Positions 10,156 to 18,966 of a stretch of DNA of 64,000 nt are shown in pieces. The notes beneath the pieces are model-generated. The model was not told the origin of the DNA, ran no database searches, and saw only the letters and a program-made list of their open reading frames with translations. The translations under genes were made by a program, and so were the position numbers. This stretch comes from Spirochaetota bacterium (lineage in GTDB: Bacteria; Spirochaetota; Spirochaetia; Treponematales; Rectinemataceae): assembly GCA_026398595.1 (NCBI GenBank), contig JAPLSO010000033.1, forward strand, positions 25,028 through 89,027. Reading direction: 5' to 3'. The stretch's first letter is position 1. The number at the start of each line of letters is the position of its first letter.

Positions 10156-10358
10156 GTGGCTTTTCCTCCGGATGGAGTCTTGGATGGCGGAACGATGTCC
10201 CGTCCGATAACCTTATGCTTTCGTCAATTATCTCCCCAGTAAGCTAATTGAAATTGCGTCATTGTGTCAATAAAGGCGCTATGCCGTTGCGCGCGGCGCC
10301 GGTTTGCCCGACTCGGCCGCGATTGACCGCCAGAAGAATTGCGGATACATGTATCCAC

Positions 10359-11543
10359 GTGACGAGACTATTTTTCCACGTCGATCTCGACGCCTTTTTC
10401 GCCTCAGTGGAAAAACGCGACGATCCCTCCTTAGAGGGCAAGCCCGTCATCATCGGAGCGCGGCCCGGGCACCGGGGCGTCGTATCCACTTGCTCCTACG
10501 AGGCAAGGGCTTTCGGCGTGCACTCGGCCCAGCCCATATCGGAGGCGTTCAGGCTCTGCCCGCAAGGTGTCTTTCTCCCCGTCCGCATGAAACGCTATGC
10601 CGAGATGTCGGCCATCGTCATGGAAACGCTGCGCCGTTTCACGCCCGATGTGACACAGATCTCGATCGACGAGGCGGCCCTCGATATGACGGGCACGGAG
10701 CGGCTCTGGGGCCCGGCGGCTGAGGCCGCGGGCGATATAAAACTGGAAATATTCAAGCGGACGGGTCTGACGGTGTCCATCGGGGCAGGTGCCAACCGCT
10801 ACGTTGCGAAGGTTGCTTCGGGGATAGGAAAACCTGACGGCCTCACCATCATCGAAGAAGGAAGAGAGGCTGAATTCATGGCCGCTCTTCCCATCGAGAA
10901 GCTCTGGGGAGCCGGAGAGAAGACGCGGCTCGCTCTTGCGTCCATCGGCGTGACCTCGATCCACGCGCTAGTGAAGACGGCCCCGGGCATCCTCGAAGCC
11001 CGATTCGGTCAAGCAGGGGCGCGTTTCCTCGCATCAGCCGCCGCGGGCGGCGACGAGAACTTTTTTTCGGAAAGCGTCAAATCCCCCTCCATGAGCGGGG
11101 AGACCACCTTCGAGCGGGACACCATCTCAGGCGAAGCATTGGACGATGTCCTGAGAAACCTGGCGGACGAACTCGCCGCCAGGCTCTTGGCCCAGAAAGT
11201 GAGTTCGAGGACGCTCTGCCTCAAGCTTCGCTACGACGACTTCAGCTGCGTTACACGACGATCCACTTCGTCCGAACCCTATGATTCATCGGACCTCATC
11301 CTGAGATCGGCGAGGGAGCTTCTGACCAGGAACTGGAACGGCTCGCGGCCCGTCCGCCTCATCGGCCTCGGGCTCCATGGACTCACCGAGGGCAAAGCGG
11401 TCCAAGGTTCGCTCTTCGAGAAAGGACCCGACGCGGCGGAAAAAGCCAGGCGCGCGGTCGAGAAAATCCGGATCAGCGGCAAAGGAAGACTCATGAGGGC
11501 GCGGTTCATCAAGTCCGGGGAGAAGAGGCGCGATGAAGACTGA
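10359..11543 (+). CDS. dinB: DNA polymerase IV (Y-family)
   Basis: FFHVDLDAFFASVEKRDDPSLEGKPVIIG...VVSTCSYEARAFGVHSAQP. The ORF is open from 10248. GTG at 10359 (VTRLFFHVDLD) gives the usual N-terminus, so the start is uncertain. Confidence 0.85.
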   Translation: MTRLFFHVDLDAFFASVEKRDDPSLEGKPVIIGARPGHRGVVSTCSYEARAFGVHSAQPISEAFRLCPQGVFLPVRMKRYAEMSAIVMETLRRFTPDVTQISIDEAALDMTGTERLWGPAAEAAGDIKLEIFKRTGLTVSIGAGANRYVAKVASGIGKPDGLTIIEEGREAEFMAALPIEKLWGAGEKTRLALASIGVTSIHALVKTAPGILEARFGQAGARFLASAAAGGDENFFSESVKSPSMSGETTFERDTISGEALDDVLRNLADELAARLLAQKVSSRTLCLKLRYDDFSCVTRRSTSSEPYDSSDLILRSARELLTRNWNGSRPVRLIGLGLHGLTEGKAVQGSLFEKGPDAAEKARRAVEKIRISGKGRLMRARFIKSGEKRRDED

Positions 11544-11569
11544 GGAGGCTTTCCGGGAGGGAAGCCTCT
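11544..11569. terminator. Possible hairpin between convergent dinB and a lipoprotein gene
   Basis: gaggctt/aagcctc is a 7-bp stem with a 10-nt loop, sitting between the two stop codons. There is no clear T-tract. Confidence 0.3.
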
Positions 11570-11576
11570 CGTCTCC

Positions 11577-12257
11577 TCACCAGCTCAACTGGAGGGAGGG
11601 AGCTGTCTCCAAGGTGACGATGTCCGACATCTTCCCCTCAAAACGGACTTTCTTTCCTTCGCGGACGACCAAGATGGCCGGATCGGAGGAGTTCGCTTCC
11701 TTGGGAACTTCGGGCAGATCGAAGACGAAGCGGAACGTGTAAGGGGCGAAGGCTTCCTTTGCCATTTCCTTCATGTCTTTGTCGATCTTGGAAATCGAGT
11801 TGCCCAGAGTGAAGGATATGGATTGGGAACCGGATGAACTGGTATGGCTTGCCATCATGCCCTGGGGATCGAGATAGAGGACGAGGGAATCGAGACTATC
11901 GAAGCCGATGACCGTCGTGATGAGGAGATCGGTGCCGTCTTTCTTGCTCGACCAGGACTTGAAGGAGAGACCCTTAACCCCATCGAGGCTCTTGCGTACG
12001 TCGGATTCGGAAAGAGGGACAGGAAGCATGTCCTTGTTGGCCTCGAGTTCGCCGAAGCTGACAAGTTCCTCGGAGAGCCGGTACTGGGCCGAGAGTGTCC
12101 CCGAGCCTTCCTTCGAGATTTTCACTTCGGTGTCCATGCCCATGCAGGAGCCGAGAAGCAGGACGCAGAAGAGGACGGCGAGGGTCGGCAGGAATCGCTT
12201 CGATCCGAGGGCTGTAACTTTCAAACCTCTGCTCCTCATCATTGACTGGGTCTTCAT
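11577..12257 (-). CDS. Hypothetical lipoprotein
   Basis: Signal peptide with lipobox (LAVLFCVLLLGSC). 4-nt overlap with the upstream DUF503-like gene. Confidence 0.6.
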   Translation of the reverse strand: MKTQSMMRSRGLKVTALGSKRFLPTLAVLFCVLLLGSCMGMDTEVKISKEGSGTLSAQYRLSEELVSFGELEANKDMLPVPLSESDVRKSLDGVKGLSFKSWSSKKDGTDLLITTVIGFDSLDSLVLYLDPQGMMASHTSSSGSQSISFTLGNSISKIDKDMKEMAKEAFAPYTFRFVFDLPEVPKEANSSDPAILVVREGKKVRFEGKMSDIVTLETAPSLQLSW

Positions 12258-12544
12258 TCATACCTTTCGGAATGGATCTGAGATTCATGGATGTTGACGG
12301 GGAACCCATTCTCCACGAATCTGACGGCCTCGGCCAGAACCTTGTCCCCGAAGCTCTTCGAGTTGGACACAAGGGCGGCGCCGATCTCGGCGAAGCCCAA
12401 GGAGTCCTGAAGATCGACTTCGGCGCAGGACAGCCTAAATTTCCGTTGCAGGCCGCTTTTTATCCCTAAAACCACCCTTCGTTTGTCTTTGAGGCTCGTG
12501 GTCTCGGGAAGCTCGACGATGAGCAGGAGCAGGGATACGACCAT
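12254..12544 (-). CDS. DUF503 (YlxP-like) family small protein
   Basis: From the internal ATG at 12544: MVVSLLLLIVELPETTSLKDKRRVVLGIKSGLQRKFRLSCAEVDLQDSLGFAEIGAALVSN. This is the DUF503 pattern (SLKxKR ... aEvd.qd) at about 96 aa. The ORF-track version (to 12841) runs into metG and is rejected. Confidence 0.7.
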   Translation of the reverse strand: MVVSLLLLIVELPETTSLKDKRRVVLGIKSGLQRKFRLSCAEVDLQDSLGFAEIGAALVSNSKSFGDKVLAEAVRFVENGFPVNIHESQIHSERYE

Positions 12545-12610
12545 CAAGGAAATGATATCACGGCTGGAGATTCTTGACACCCCCTTGGCGCGCGGATATT
12601 GTCCGATGGT

Positions 12611-14944
12611 ATGAAACGCAGACTTATTACCTCGGCCCTGCCTTACGTTAACAACGTCCCTCATCTCGGCAACCTCATCCAGGTCCTCTCGGCCGATGTC
12701 TTCGCCCGATTCTGCCGCCTCCGCGACTACGATACCCTCTATATCTGCGGTACCGACGAGTATGGCACGGCGACCGAGACCAAGGCTCTCGAGGAGGGTG
12801 TGAGCCCCAGGGAGCTCTGCGACCGTTTCCACGCCCTCCACAGGGACATCTACTCATGGTTTGGCATCTCCTTCGACAAGTTCGGGCGCACCTCGGCCTC
12901 CGAGCAGACGGAGATTACCCAGTCGATATTCCTCGATCTCGATAAAAACGGTTACATCACGGAGCAGACGCTCGAACAGCTTTACTGCGACCACTGCGGA
13001 AGGTTCCTGGCCGACCGCTACGTCAAGGGAACCTGTCCATCCTGCGGCTACGAGGGGGCTCGCGGCGACCAGTGCGAGCACTGCGGCAAACTCCTCGACC
13101 CCACGGATCTCATCGGGCCCAAATGCTCGACCTGCGGCGCCGAGCCTCATCCCAAGTCGACGACGCATCTATATATAGATCTGCCCGCGATAAAGCCGAT
13201 ACTCGAACCCTGGATGAAGTCGGCGAGCGAAAAAGGTTTCTGGGCCAAGAATGCCGTCCAGATGACCCAGGCATGGCTGAGAGATGGCCTTAAACCTCGT
13301 GCCATCACCAGGGATCTCAAGTGGGGCATCCCCGTACCGAAGAAGGGCTTCGAGAACAAGGTCTTCTATGTCTGGTTCGACGCGCCCATCGGCTATATCT
13401 CGATGACGGCCGCCCTCGGGGCGGAGATGGGATTCGACTGGAAAACTTGGTGGCAGAATCCGGATGAGGTTGAGCTTTTCCAGTTCATAGGCAAGGACAA
13501 TATTCCCTTCCATACGGTGATCTTCCCCTCAAGCCTCCTGGGCTCGGGCAGAAACTGGACCATGCTTTTCCACATGTCCAGCTCCGAGTACCTGAATTAC
13601 GAATCGGGCAAGTTTTCCAAGTCGCAGGGTGTCGGGGTCTTCGGCAGCGACGTGATGGAGACGGGCATCCCGGCCGATGTCTGGCGGTTCTACCTCTTCT
13701 GGAACAGACCCGAAACCTCGGACTACACCTTCACCTGGGCCGACTTCCTCGAGAAGGTGAACGGCGAGCTTATCGGCAACCTGGGCAATCTCGTCAACCG
13801 CACCATCACTTTTGTCTCGCGCTACTACGGCGGCGTAATCCCGGCGGGCAAGCCCGACGAGGCGTTCTGGGCCAGGGCGCTCGCGATCGAGGCGAAGATC
13901 ACGGGCCAGCTCGAGAAGGCGTGCCTGCGCGACGGTTTCAGGTCCATTTTTGAACTCTCCGACCTCGCCAATAAAAAGTTCCAGGACGGCGAGCCCTGGA
14001 GGACGCGGATGAGCGATCCGGAGGCCGCCGCCTCCCTCATCTTTGACCTGTGTTACATCCTCAAGGACATAGCCATTCTCGTCGAGCCCTATCTGCCCGC
14101 GACAGCCCGGCAGCTGGCTTCCCTCCTCAAGTTCGAAATCGGTTCGAAAGGCCTCGACTGGTCAGCCCTGGGCAAGCTCTCGAGCCTGACCATGGTTGGC
14201 GCTCCTAAAGTCCTCTTCTCTAAGTTGGAGGCAGGCGTCATAGCCGAACTGAGGGAGAGGTATTCCGGATCCCAGAAGGACAGGGCAGAGCGGCAGGATA
14301 CAGCGGGGATAAAGCCGGGGAGCGCCATGCCCGTCGGCCAGCAGGACTCATCAGGGCAGACCGCTTCCCCGGCGCCTGTAGCACCACAGAAAGCCGAGCG
14401 GCCTCAGGAGAATGCGAAACCGGCTTCTCCCTTTGCCGATCTGCCTACCCAGGAGCGCTTCGACAAGCTCATCGCCCTCAAGGTGGCAAAGATCGTGAAG
14501 ATTGAGCGCCATCCCAAGGCCGACAAGCTCTACATCGAAACCCTGGATGACGGTTCAGGGACAGAACGTGTCATCGTTTCGGGCCTCGTACCCTTCTATC
14601 GGGAAGAGGAGTTGCTCGGAAAGAACATCGTCCTCGTCGACAACCTCAAGCCTGCCAAGCTGCGAGGCGTCGAATCCAAGGGGATGCTCCTCGCCGCCTC
14701 CATCTCAGGCGAGAGTGGGAAGGAAACAGTCGAGGTTCTCACCGCGCCCTGGGCCCAGCCAGGTGACCCCGTCCTCATCGAAGGCGGGGAAGTATCGGCC
14801 AAGCCCGCGATCATCGATGTCGATACCTTCTTCTCGGTACCGCTGAAGGCTTCGGGCGGTATGGCGATGGCCGGGAAGGGCCGATTGAGCGCGTCAGGCC
14901 GTGCGATAGAATTGGAAACAGTCCGCGACGGCGAGATAGGATGA
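12611..14944 (+). CDS. metG: Methionine--tRNA ligase with C-terminal tRNA-binding (Trbp111/EMAP-like) domain
   Basis: ITSALPYVNNVPHLGNL (HIGH region), CPSCGYEGARGDQCEHCG (zinc knuckle), KFSKSQG (KMSKS), and C-terminal LKVAKIVKIERHPKADKLY. The ORF opens at TTG 12599. ATG 12611 is the likelier start. Confidence 0.95.
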   Translation: MKRRLITSALPYVNNVPHLGNLIQVLSADVFARFCRLRDYDTLYICGTDEYGTATETKALEEGVSPRELCDRFHALHRDIYSWFGISFDKFGRTSASEQTEITQSIFLDLDKNGYITEQTLEQLYCDHCGRFLADRYVKGTCPSCGYEGARGDQCEHCGKLLDPTDLIGPKCSTCGAEPHPKSTTHLYIDLPAIKPILEPWMKSASEKGFWAKNAVQMTQAWLRDGLKPRAITRDLKWGIPVPKKGFENKVFYVWFDAPIGYISMTAALGAEMGFDWKTWWQNPDEVELFQFIGKDNIPFHTVIFPSSLLGSGRNWTMLFHMSSSEYLNYESGKFSKSQGVGVFGSDVMETGIPADVWRFYLFWNRPETSDYTFTWADFLEKVNGELIGNLGNLVNRTITFVSRYYGGVIPAGKPDEAFWARALAIEAKITGQLEKACLRDGFRSIFELSDLANKKFQDGEPWRTRMSDPEAAASLIFDLCYILKDIAILVEPYLPATARQLASLLKFEIGSKGLDWSALGKLSSLTMVGAPKVLFSKLEAGVIAELRERYSGSQKDRAERQDTAGIKPGSAMPVGQQDSSGQTASPAPVAPQKAERPQENAKPASPFADLPTQERFDKLIALKVAKIVKIERHPKADKLYIETLDDGSGTERVIVSGLVPFYREEELLGKNIVLVDNLKPAKLRGVESKGMLLAASISGESGKETVEVLTAPWAQPGDPVLIEGGEVSAKPAIIDVDTFFSVPLKASGGMAMAGKGRLSASGRAIELETVRDGEIG

Positions 14945-16050
14945 ACGGGGCTGGTTTCGATGTCCTCGACTACATCGGCCCGGAAGCCTGGGACGATGGA
15001 AACTCGGGCTTCATGCAGTCCAGGTTCTGGGCGCGCTTCAAATCCGCCACAGGTTGGAAAGCCAGGGTCTGCCGTCCGCGCGAAGGCTTTGAAAGATCGG
15101 GAATCCTCGTTCTCGAGAAGCCCCTTATCGCCGGCTTGCGTTTCGCCTATGTCCCCTTTGGTCCCGAAACCCTCCCCGAGGGAGCCAATGCAGTTGCTTT
15201 TCTGGAAGATCTAGCCAAGGCCGTCTCCGAAGCCTCGGGGAGAGGCCTTCTTTTCGTACGCTTCGATCTGCCCTGGGAAGCAGGTCTGGGAACCGCGGGA
15301 AAGGAAGGTCGGTTTTCGGGTCTTTCGCGAGGCGTCCCCGTCCAGGTCCCCGACACCGTCCTCCTCGACCTTGAGCCTGGCGAGGACACTATCCTTGCAG
15401 GGATGAAGCCCAAGTGGCGCTACAACGTAAAGCTCGCCGATAAAAAGGGTGTCGTCGTGTCGAGGGAGGGGCGTGATTCCCTCGAAAGTTTCTACACTCT
15501 CTACAAGGAGACTGCGGCTCGCGATGGAATAGCGATCCATCCTTTTTCGTACTATGAGGAACTCTTCAGGACCTTCGAGGGATTTAAAGGCTCAGGCGGC
15601 CGGGATGATCTCTCCCTCTGGGTGGCGCGGCAGGGCGGCGAGACTATCGCCTCCATAATCACCCTTTTCCACAAGGGACACGCGACCTATCTCTACGGGG
15701 CCTCGTCGGGGGAAAAGCGCAACCTCATGCCCGCCTACGCCCTTCAATGGAGCGCCATAAAGGCAGCCAAGGAAGAGGGCTGCATCGACTACGATTTCTT
15801 CGGAATTCCCCCGAACGACGATCCCAAAGATCCCATGGCGGGCCTCTATTTTTTCAAGACAGGTTTCGGTGGCAGAATCCTCCACAGGGCGGGGGCTGTC
15901 GATATCCCCTTGCGCCCCCTGCCATACTTCGAGTTCAGGATATTGGAAGCAATCCGCCTAGCCTGGTATAAGGGCTTGAAAAAGGCTTTTGCGAGGCAGA
16001 GGAGAAGGCCGGCCCTGCCTCAGCGGAAGACAGTACCCTCGAAGGCGTAG
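14941..16050 (+). CDS. FemAB-family peptidoglycan bridge-forming aminoacyltransferase
   Basis: FMQSRFWARFKSATGW, KWRYNVKLADKKGV, YLYGASSGEKRNLMPAYALQWSAIKAAKEEGCIDYDFFGIPP and GLYFFKTGFGG are FemX/FemAB-type motifs. ATGA overlap with the metG stop. Confidence 0.8.
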   Translation: MNGAGFDVLDYIGPEAWDDGNSGFMQSRFWARFKSATGWKARVCRPREGFERSGILVLEKPLIAGLRFAYVPFGPETLPEGANAVAFLEDLAKAVSEASGRGLLFVRFDLPWEAGLGTAGKEGRFSGLSRGVPVQVPDTVLLDLEPGEDTILAGMKPKWRYNVKLADKKGVVVSREGRDSLESFYTLYKETAARDGIAIHPFSYYEELFRTFEGFKGSGGRDDLSLWVARQGGETIASIITLFHKGHATYLYGASSGEKRNLMPAYALQWSAIKAAKEEGCIDYDFFGIPPNDDPKDPMAGLYFFKTGFGGRILHRAGAVDIPLRPLPYFEFRILEAIRLAWYKGLKKAFARQRRRPALPQRKTVPSKA

Positions 16051-16562
16051 AGTTCTACGGCTGGTGATCTCCAGGTTGAAGGTTCGAGCCCAGCCTTGTG
16101 GCAGACCTGGGCGAGGAAGGTCTCGGGTTCCCAGCCGTATTCCACGGCCACCTGGGGCAGGAGGACGCCTGAACGTCCTCTCGCGGCGATGAAGAGGCCG
16201 TGCCGGCCGATCTCGAAATCCCCAGGTCCAGAAATCGCGAAGAGTTCCCCGAGTACGGTTATCTCCACCTCGAGATCGATAAGTTCGGCTCTTTCGAGGG
16301 CCTCGAAACGCGGGTCTTCGAAGGCAGCCGCCGAGGCCATGGCCTTGGCAGTCTCGACGAGGAGGGAGGGCGAGGACATATGGCCTATGCAGCCCCGGAG
16401 GGATCCGCCCCTATGGAGACTGACAAAGAGCCCGCCCCTGGCGGAAGAGAGGGTGGGGCTCGGCTCGGGATAGCGGGGGGGGCGGCTCTCGAGAGCTGAG
16501 GCTATGGCCTCCAGGGCTGTGGCGACCAGGACGCGGCCGTCCGCCATGCCGAGTCCGCTCAA
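16020..16562 (-). CDS. amrA: AMMECR1-domain protein (AmmeMemoRadiSam system protein A)
   Basis: GGLFVSLHRGGSLRGCIGH...DPRF...LEVEITVL...GLFIAARGRSGVLLPQV is the AMMECR1 signature, including LRGCIG. Confidence 0.8.
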   Translation of the reverse strand: MSGLGMADGRVLVATALEAIASALESRPPRYPEPSPTLSSARGGLFVSLHRGGSLRGCIGHMSSPSLLVETAKAMASAAAFEDPRFEALERAELIDLEVEITVLGELFAISGPGDFEIGRHGLFIAARGRSGVLLPQVAVEYGWEPETFLAQVCHKAGLEPSTWRSPAVELYAFEGTVFR

Positions 16563-17446
16563 GAAGAGAAACCTACGGCCGAATAGCCGACGATGGGATC
16601 GCCTTCCTCGCCAAAGGGAGCCGAATTCGAAAGGCCGAGGACTGAGGCTTTCAGGCCCCTGGAGAGCGTCGATCTCAGAAAGGCGCCAAGGATATCAGCT
16701 CCACAGAAAGACCTTCTATCTTCGGGAAGAGCGGGGTATTGGGAGAGATTACCCGAGCAGAGCGCGCTGAGAAAGGACAGGCTCTCGGCGTCGCAAGCCT
16801 CAGGGCTTTCGGCGACAGCCAGGTTCGAACTCAAGACCAGGAGCGTCGAGGCGAAATCCCTTTCCAGGGCTCGGGCTAGAGCGGCGAAGAGGGCATCGAC
16901 TGTCTCAGGATCAACCTTCGATACGATGATAGGAACAATCGTCGCCCTGGGAAAGAAGAGGGCCGCCATGATGAGCTGAATCTCTATGCTGTGCTCTTCC
17001 AGATGGGGAATATCATATTGGATGATTCCTGCGCTAGAATGGAGGAGGTCTTTGAGAATGGGGCTGTTGACCCTAAAATCGGCCGTGGGGACCGAGAAGA
17101 CCCGGGATTCCGGGATGAAGATGCCGGTCTCGAAGGATCGATGTGAGGGGCAGATGACAACGATGGTTTTTACCTTCCTGAGGGACGCGGAAAGCCAGGC
17201 CGCCGCTTCCATTCGCCCCGAATACTCGAGGCTGCCATGGGGGCTCAGGATGACGGAAGATGAGGCCGGGGCATTGTTGCATGAGGCGACGAGTTCCTCC
17301 ACCACGGCGGTGAGTTCGGTTTTAACTGCCGGATAGAAGATGCCTGCAACGACAGCCTCTCTGATATTGCCTTCCTTGGGGCGGGCCTTCAGGAGGGATA
17401 GGGATTCCATGAGATCAAGTATAGACTTAAGCACGTCGATTTCCAA
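16559..17446 (-). CDS. amrB: Memo-like protein (AmmeMemoRadiSam system protein B)
   Basis: REAVVAGIFYP...ILSPHGSLEYSG...VVICPSH are Memo/AmrB-type motifs. 4-nt overlap with amrA downstream. Confidence 0.75.
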   Translation of the reverse strand: MEIDVLKSILDLMESLSLLKARPKEGNIREAVVAGIFYPAVKTELTAVVEELVASCNNAPASSSVILSPHGSLEYSGRMEAAAWLSASLRKVKTIVVICPSHRSFETGIFIPESRVFSVPTADFRVNSPILKDLLHSSAGIIQYDIPHLEEHSIEIQLIMAALFFPRATIVPIIVSKVDPETVDALFAALARALERDFASTLLVLSSNLAVAESPEACDAESLSFLSALCSGNLSQYPALPEDRRSFCGADILGAFLRSTLSRGLKASVLGLSNSAPFGEEGDPIVGYSAVGFSS

Positions 17447-17476
17447 TTTTTTAAAGAAAAAACAAAGAGAATTGCC

Positions 17477-17827
17477 ATGAGAATACTCGTCGTGGATGAC
17501 GAGCGTAAGCTTGCCCTCTCCCTCAAGGAATGCTTCGAACCCGAGGGTGTCGATGCCGACCTCGCCTTCGATGGCCGCGAGGCTAGAGCGAAGCTCGAGG
17601 AAGAGATTTATGACCTTAGTTGGTGGCGGGCCTGCATTCTGAGTGAAACGGACAAGCTCGAGCCGAGGGATTTCGACTTCCTAGACGAGAAGTACGCAAG
17701 CGGCCATAGGCGCAACGCCAGGAACAAAGAGAATACAGCCGCCGAAATGGGGATAGCGCGGCGCAAACTGCTCAATAAAATCAAGGAACACAGATCAGGC
17801 AAGGGGGAAATATGGGCCAGGATATAG
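17477..17827 (+). CDS. Receiver-stub/Fis-HTH mini-protein, probable remnant of an NtrC-family activator
   Basis: N-terminus MRILVVDDERKLALSLKECFEPEGVDADLAFDGREARAKLEEEIYDL covers receiver strands 1-2 only. C-terminus RNKENTAAEMGIARRKLLNKIKEH is a Fis-type HTH. No AAA+ domain lies between them. Confidence 0.45.
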   Translation: MRILVVDDERKLALSLKECFEPEGVDADLAFDGREARAKLEEEIYDLSWWRACILSETDKLEPRDFDFLDEKYASGHRRNARNKENTAAEMGIARRKLLNKIKEHRSGKGEIWARI

Positions 17828-18906
17828 TACGCATTGAAAAAGATCGGCTTACGGCATTTTGCGCCAAGGTTTTCATAGACTGCGGGGTTCCGGCGGACAA
17901 GGCTTCCTGTCAGGCCGAGGTGCTCGTAGCGGCTGACGCGAGGGGAATACCTTCCCATGGTGTGGCGAGGCTGCAGCGCTATGTCGCGGGTCTGGAGTCA
18001 GGACAAATGCTCGCGGATGCAGAGCCCCTTGTCCTCAGGGAATCATCCGGATCCCTCCTCGTTGACGCAAGGGGAGGACTGGGCGCCCCCGTCAGTGTCG
18101 GGGCCATGGCTTCGACAATCGAGAAGGCGAGAAACTGCGGCATAGCTTTCGCCACGGTAAGGAATTCGAACCACTTCGGCATAGCGGGCTACTATGCGAT
18201 GATGGCCCTGAAAGAAGACATGATCGGCCTCGCGATGACCAATACTGCGGCTCTCGGCGTACCCACTTTCGGCCGACAGGTTATGTTCGGAACGAATCCT
18301 CTCGCTTTCGCCGCGCCCGCCGGAAAAGAGAAAGCCTTCGTCCTCGACATGGCGACTACCGTGGTTACCCGCGGCAAGATTGAGACCTACGGACGATTGG
18401 GGAAGAATCTTCCACCCGGCTGGGCCGTGGACGCGAAGGGCGCGACTGCCCTTCAGCCGGGCCCCCTCCTCGAGGATATGCTGCGCAGGGCAGGCGGGGG
18501 AATCGTGCCTCTAGGCGGCGAGTCCGAGACCCATGGAGGGCACAAGGGATACGGCCTCGCCGTCATGGTCGACATTCTTACAGGGCTGTTGTCGGGAGGG
18601 GGCTTCGGCGCCGAGGTCAAGGACACGGAGATTTCCTCCGCCCGAGTCAGTCACTGTTTCGCGGCGATGCGGATCGACCTCTTCCAGGAGCCGGCGGCCT
18701 TTAAAACCGAGATGGATCGGCTCCTGGGATCGCTCAGGAACTGCCCTTGGGCCGAAGATGCGGATCGGGTCTATTACGCCGGGCTCAAGGAAGCCGAGGC
18801 CGAGGAGGAAGCCGTCAGGAAAGGCGTTGCCCTGGAGGTCGGCGTGTTCCGGACCCTCGAGGGGATTGCCAAGGCGAGAGGCATCGAAGCCCCGCCTGCC
18901 GCTTGA
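17812..18906 (+). CDS. Ldh_2 family (malate/L-lactate/sulfolactate dehydrogenase-like) oxidoreductase
   Basis: ARGIPSHGVARLQRYV, NSNHFGIAGYYA, GTNPLAFAAPA, DMATTVVTRGKIE and HKGYGLA are family-2 Ldh motifs. Confidence 0.8.
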   Translation: MGQDIVRIEKDRLTAFCAKVFIDCGVPADKASCQAEVLVAADARGIPSHGVARLQRYVAGLESGQMLADAEPLVLRESSGSLLVDARGGLGAPVSVGAMASTIEKARNCGIAFATVRNSNHFGIAGYYAMMALKEDMIGLAMTNTAALGVPTFGRQVMFGTNPLAFAAPAGKEKAFVLDMATTVVTRGKIETYGRLGKNLPPGWAVDAKGATALQPGPLLEDMLRRAGGGIVPLGGESETHGGHKGYGLAVMVDILTGLLSGGGFGAEVKDTEISSARVSHCFAAMRIDLFQEPAAFKTEMDRLLGSLRNCPWAEDADRVYYAGLKEAEAEEEAVRKGVALEVGVFRTLEGIAKARGIEAPPAA

Positions 18907-18966
18907 ACAAGGCCGAAGCTTCGGGCTAAAAAGATTCCAGCCGCTTTATAGCCGTGGGAGACGCGA

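Noticed and set aside
7115-10242. Numerous 60-240 aa ORFs on the plus strand and in other minus-strand frames within the ppdK region (e.g. 8113..8835, 8405..9010, 9532..10242).
   Set aside because: They lie antisense or out of frame to an unambiguous PPDK reading frame. Their composition is Gly/Ala/Arg/Pro-biased, as is typical of non-coding frames in GC-rich DNA.
12545-12841. N-terminal 99-aa extension of the DUF503 ORF, overlapping the metG start region.
   Set aside because: DUF503 proteins are about 95 aa. The internal ATG at 12544 gives exactly that length, and the extension overlaps metG coding sequence on the opposite strand.
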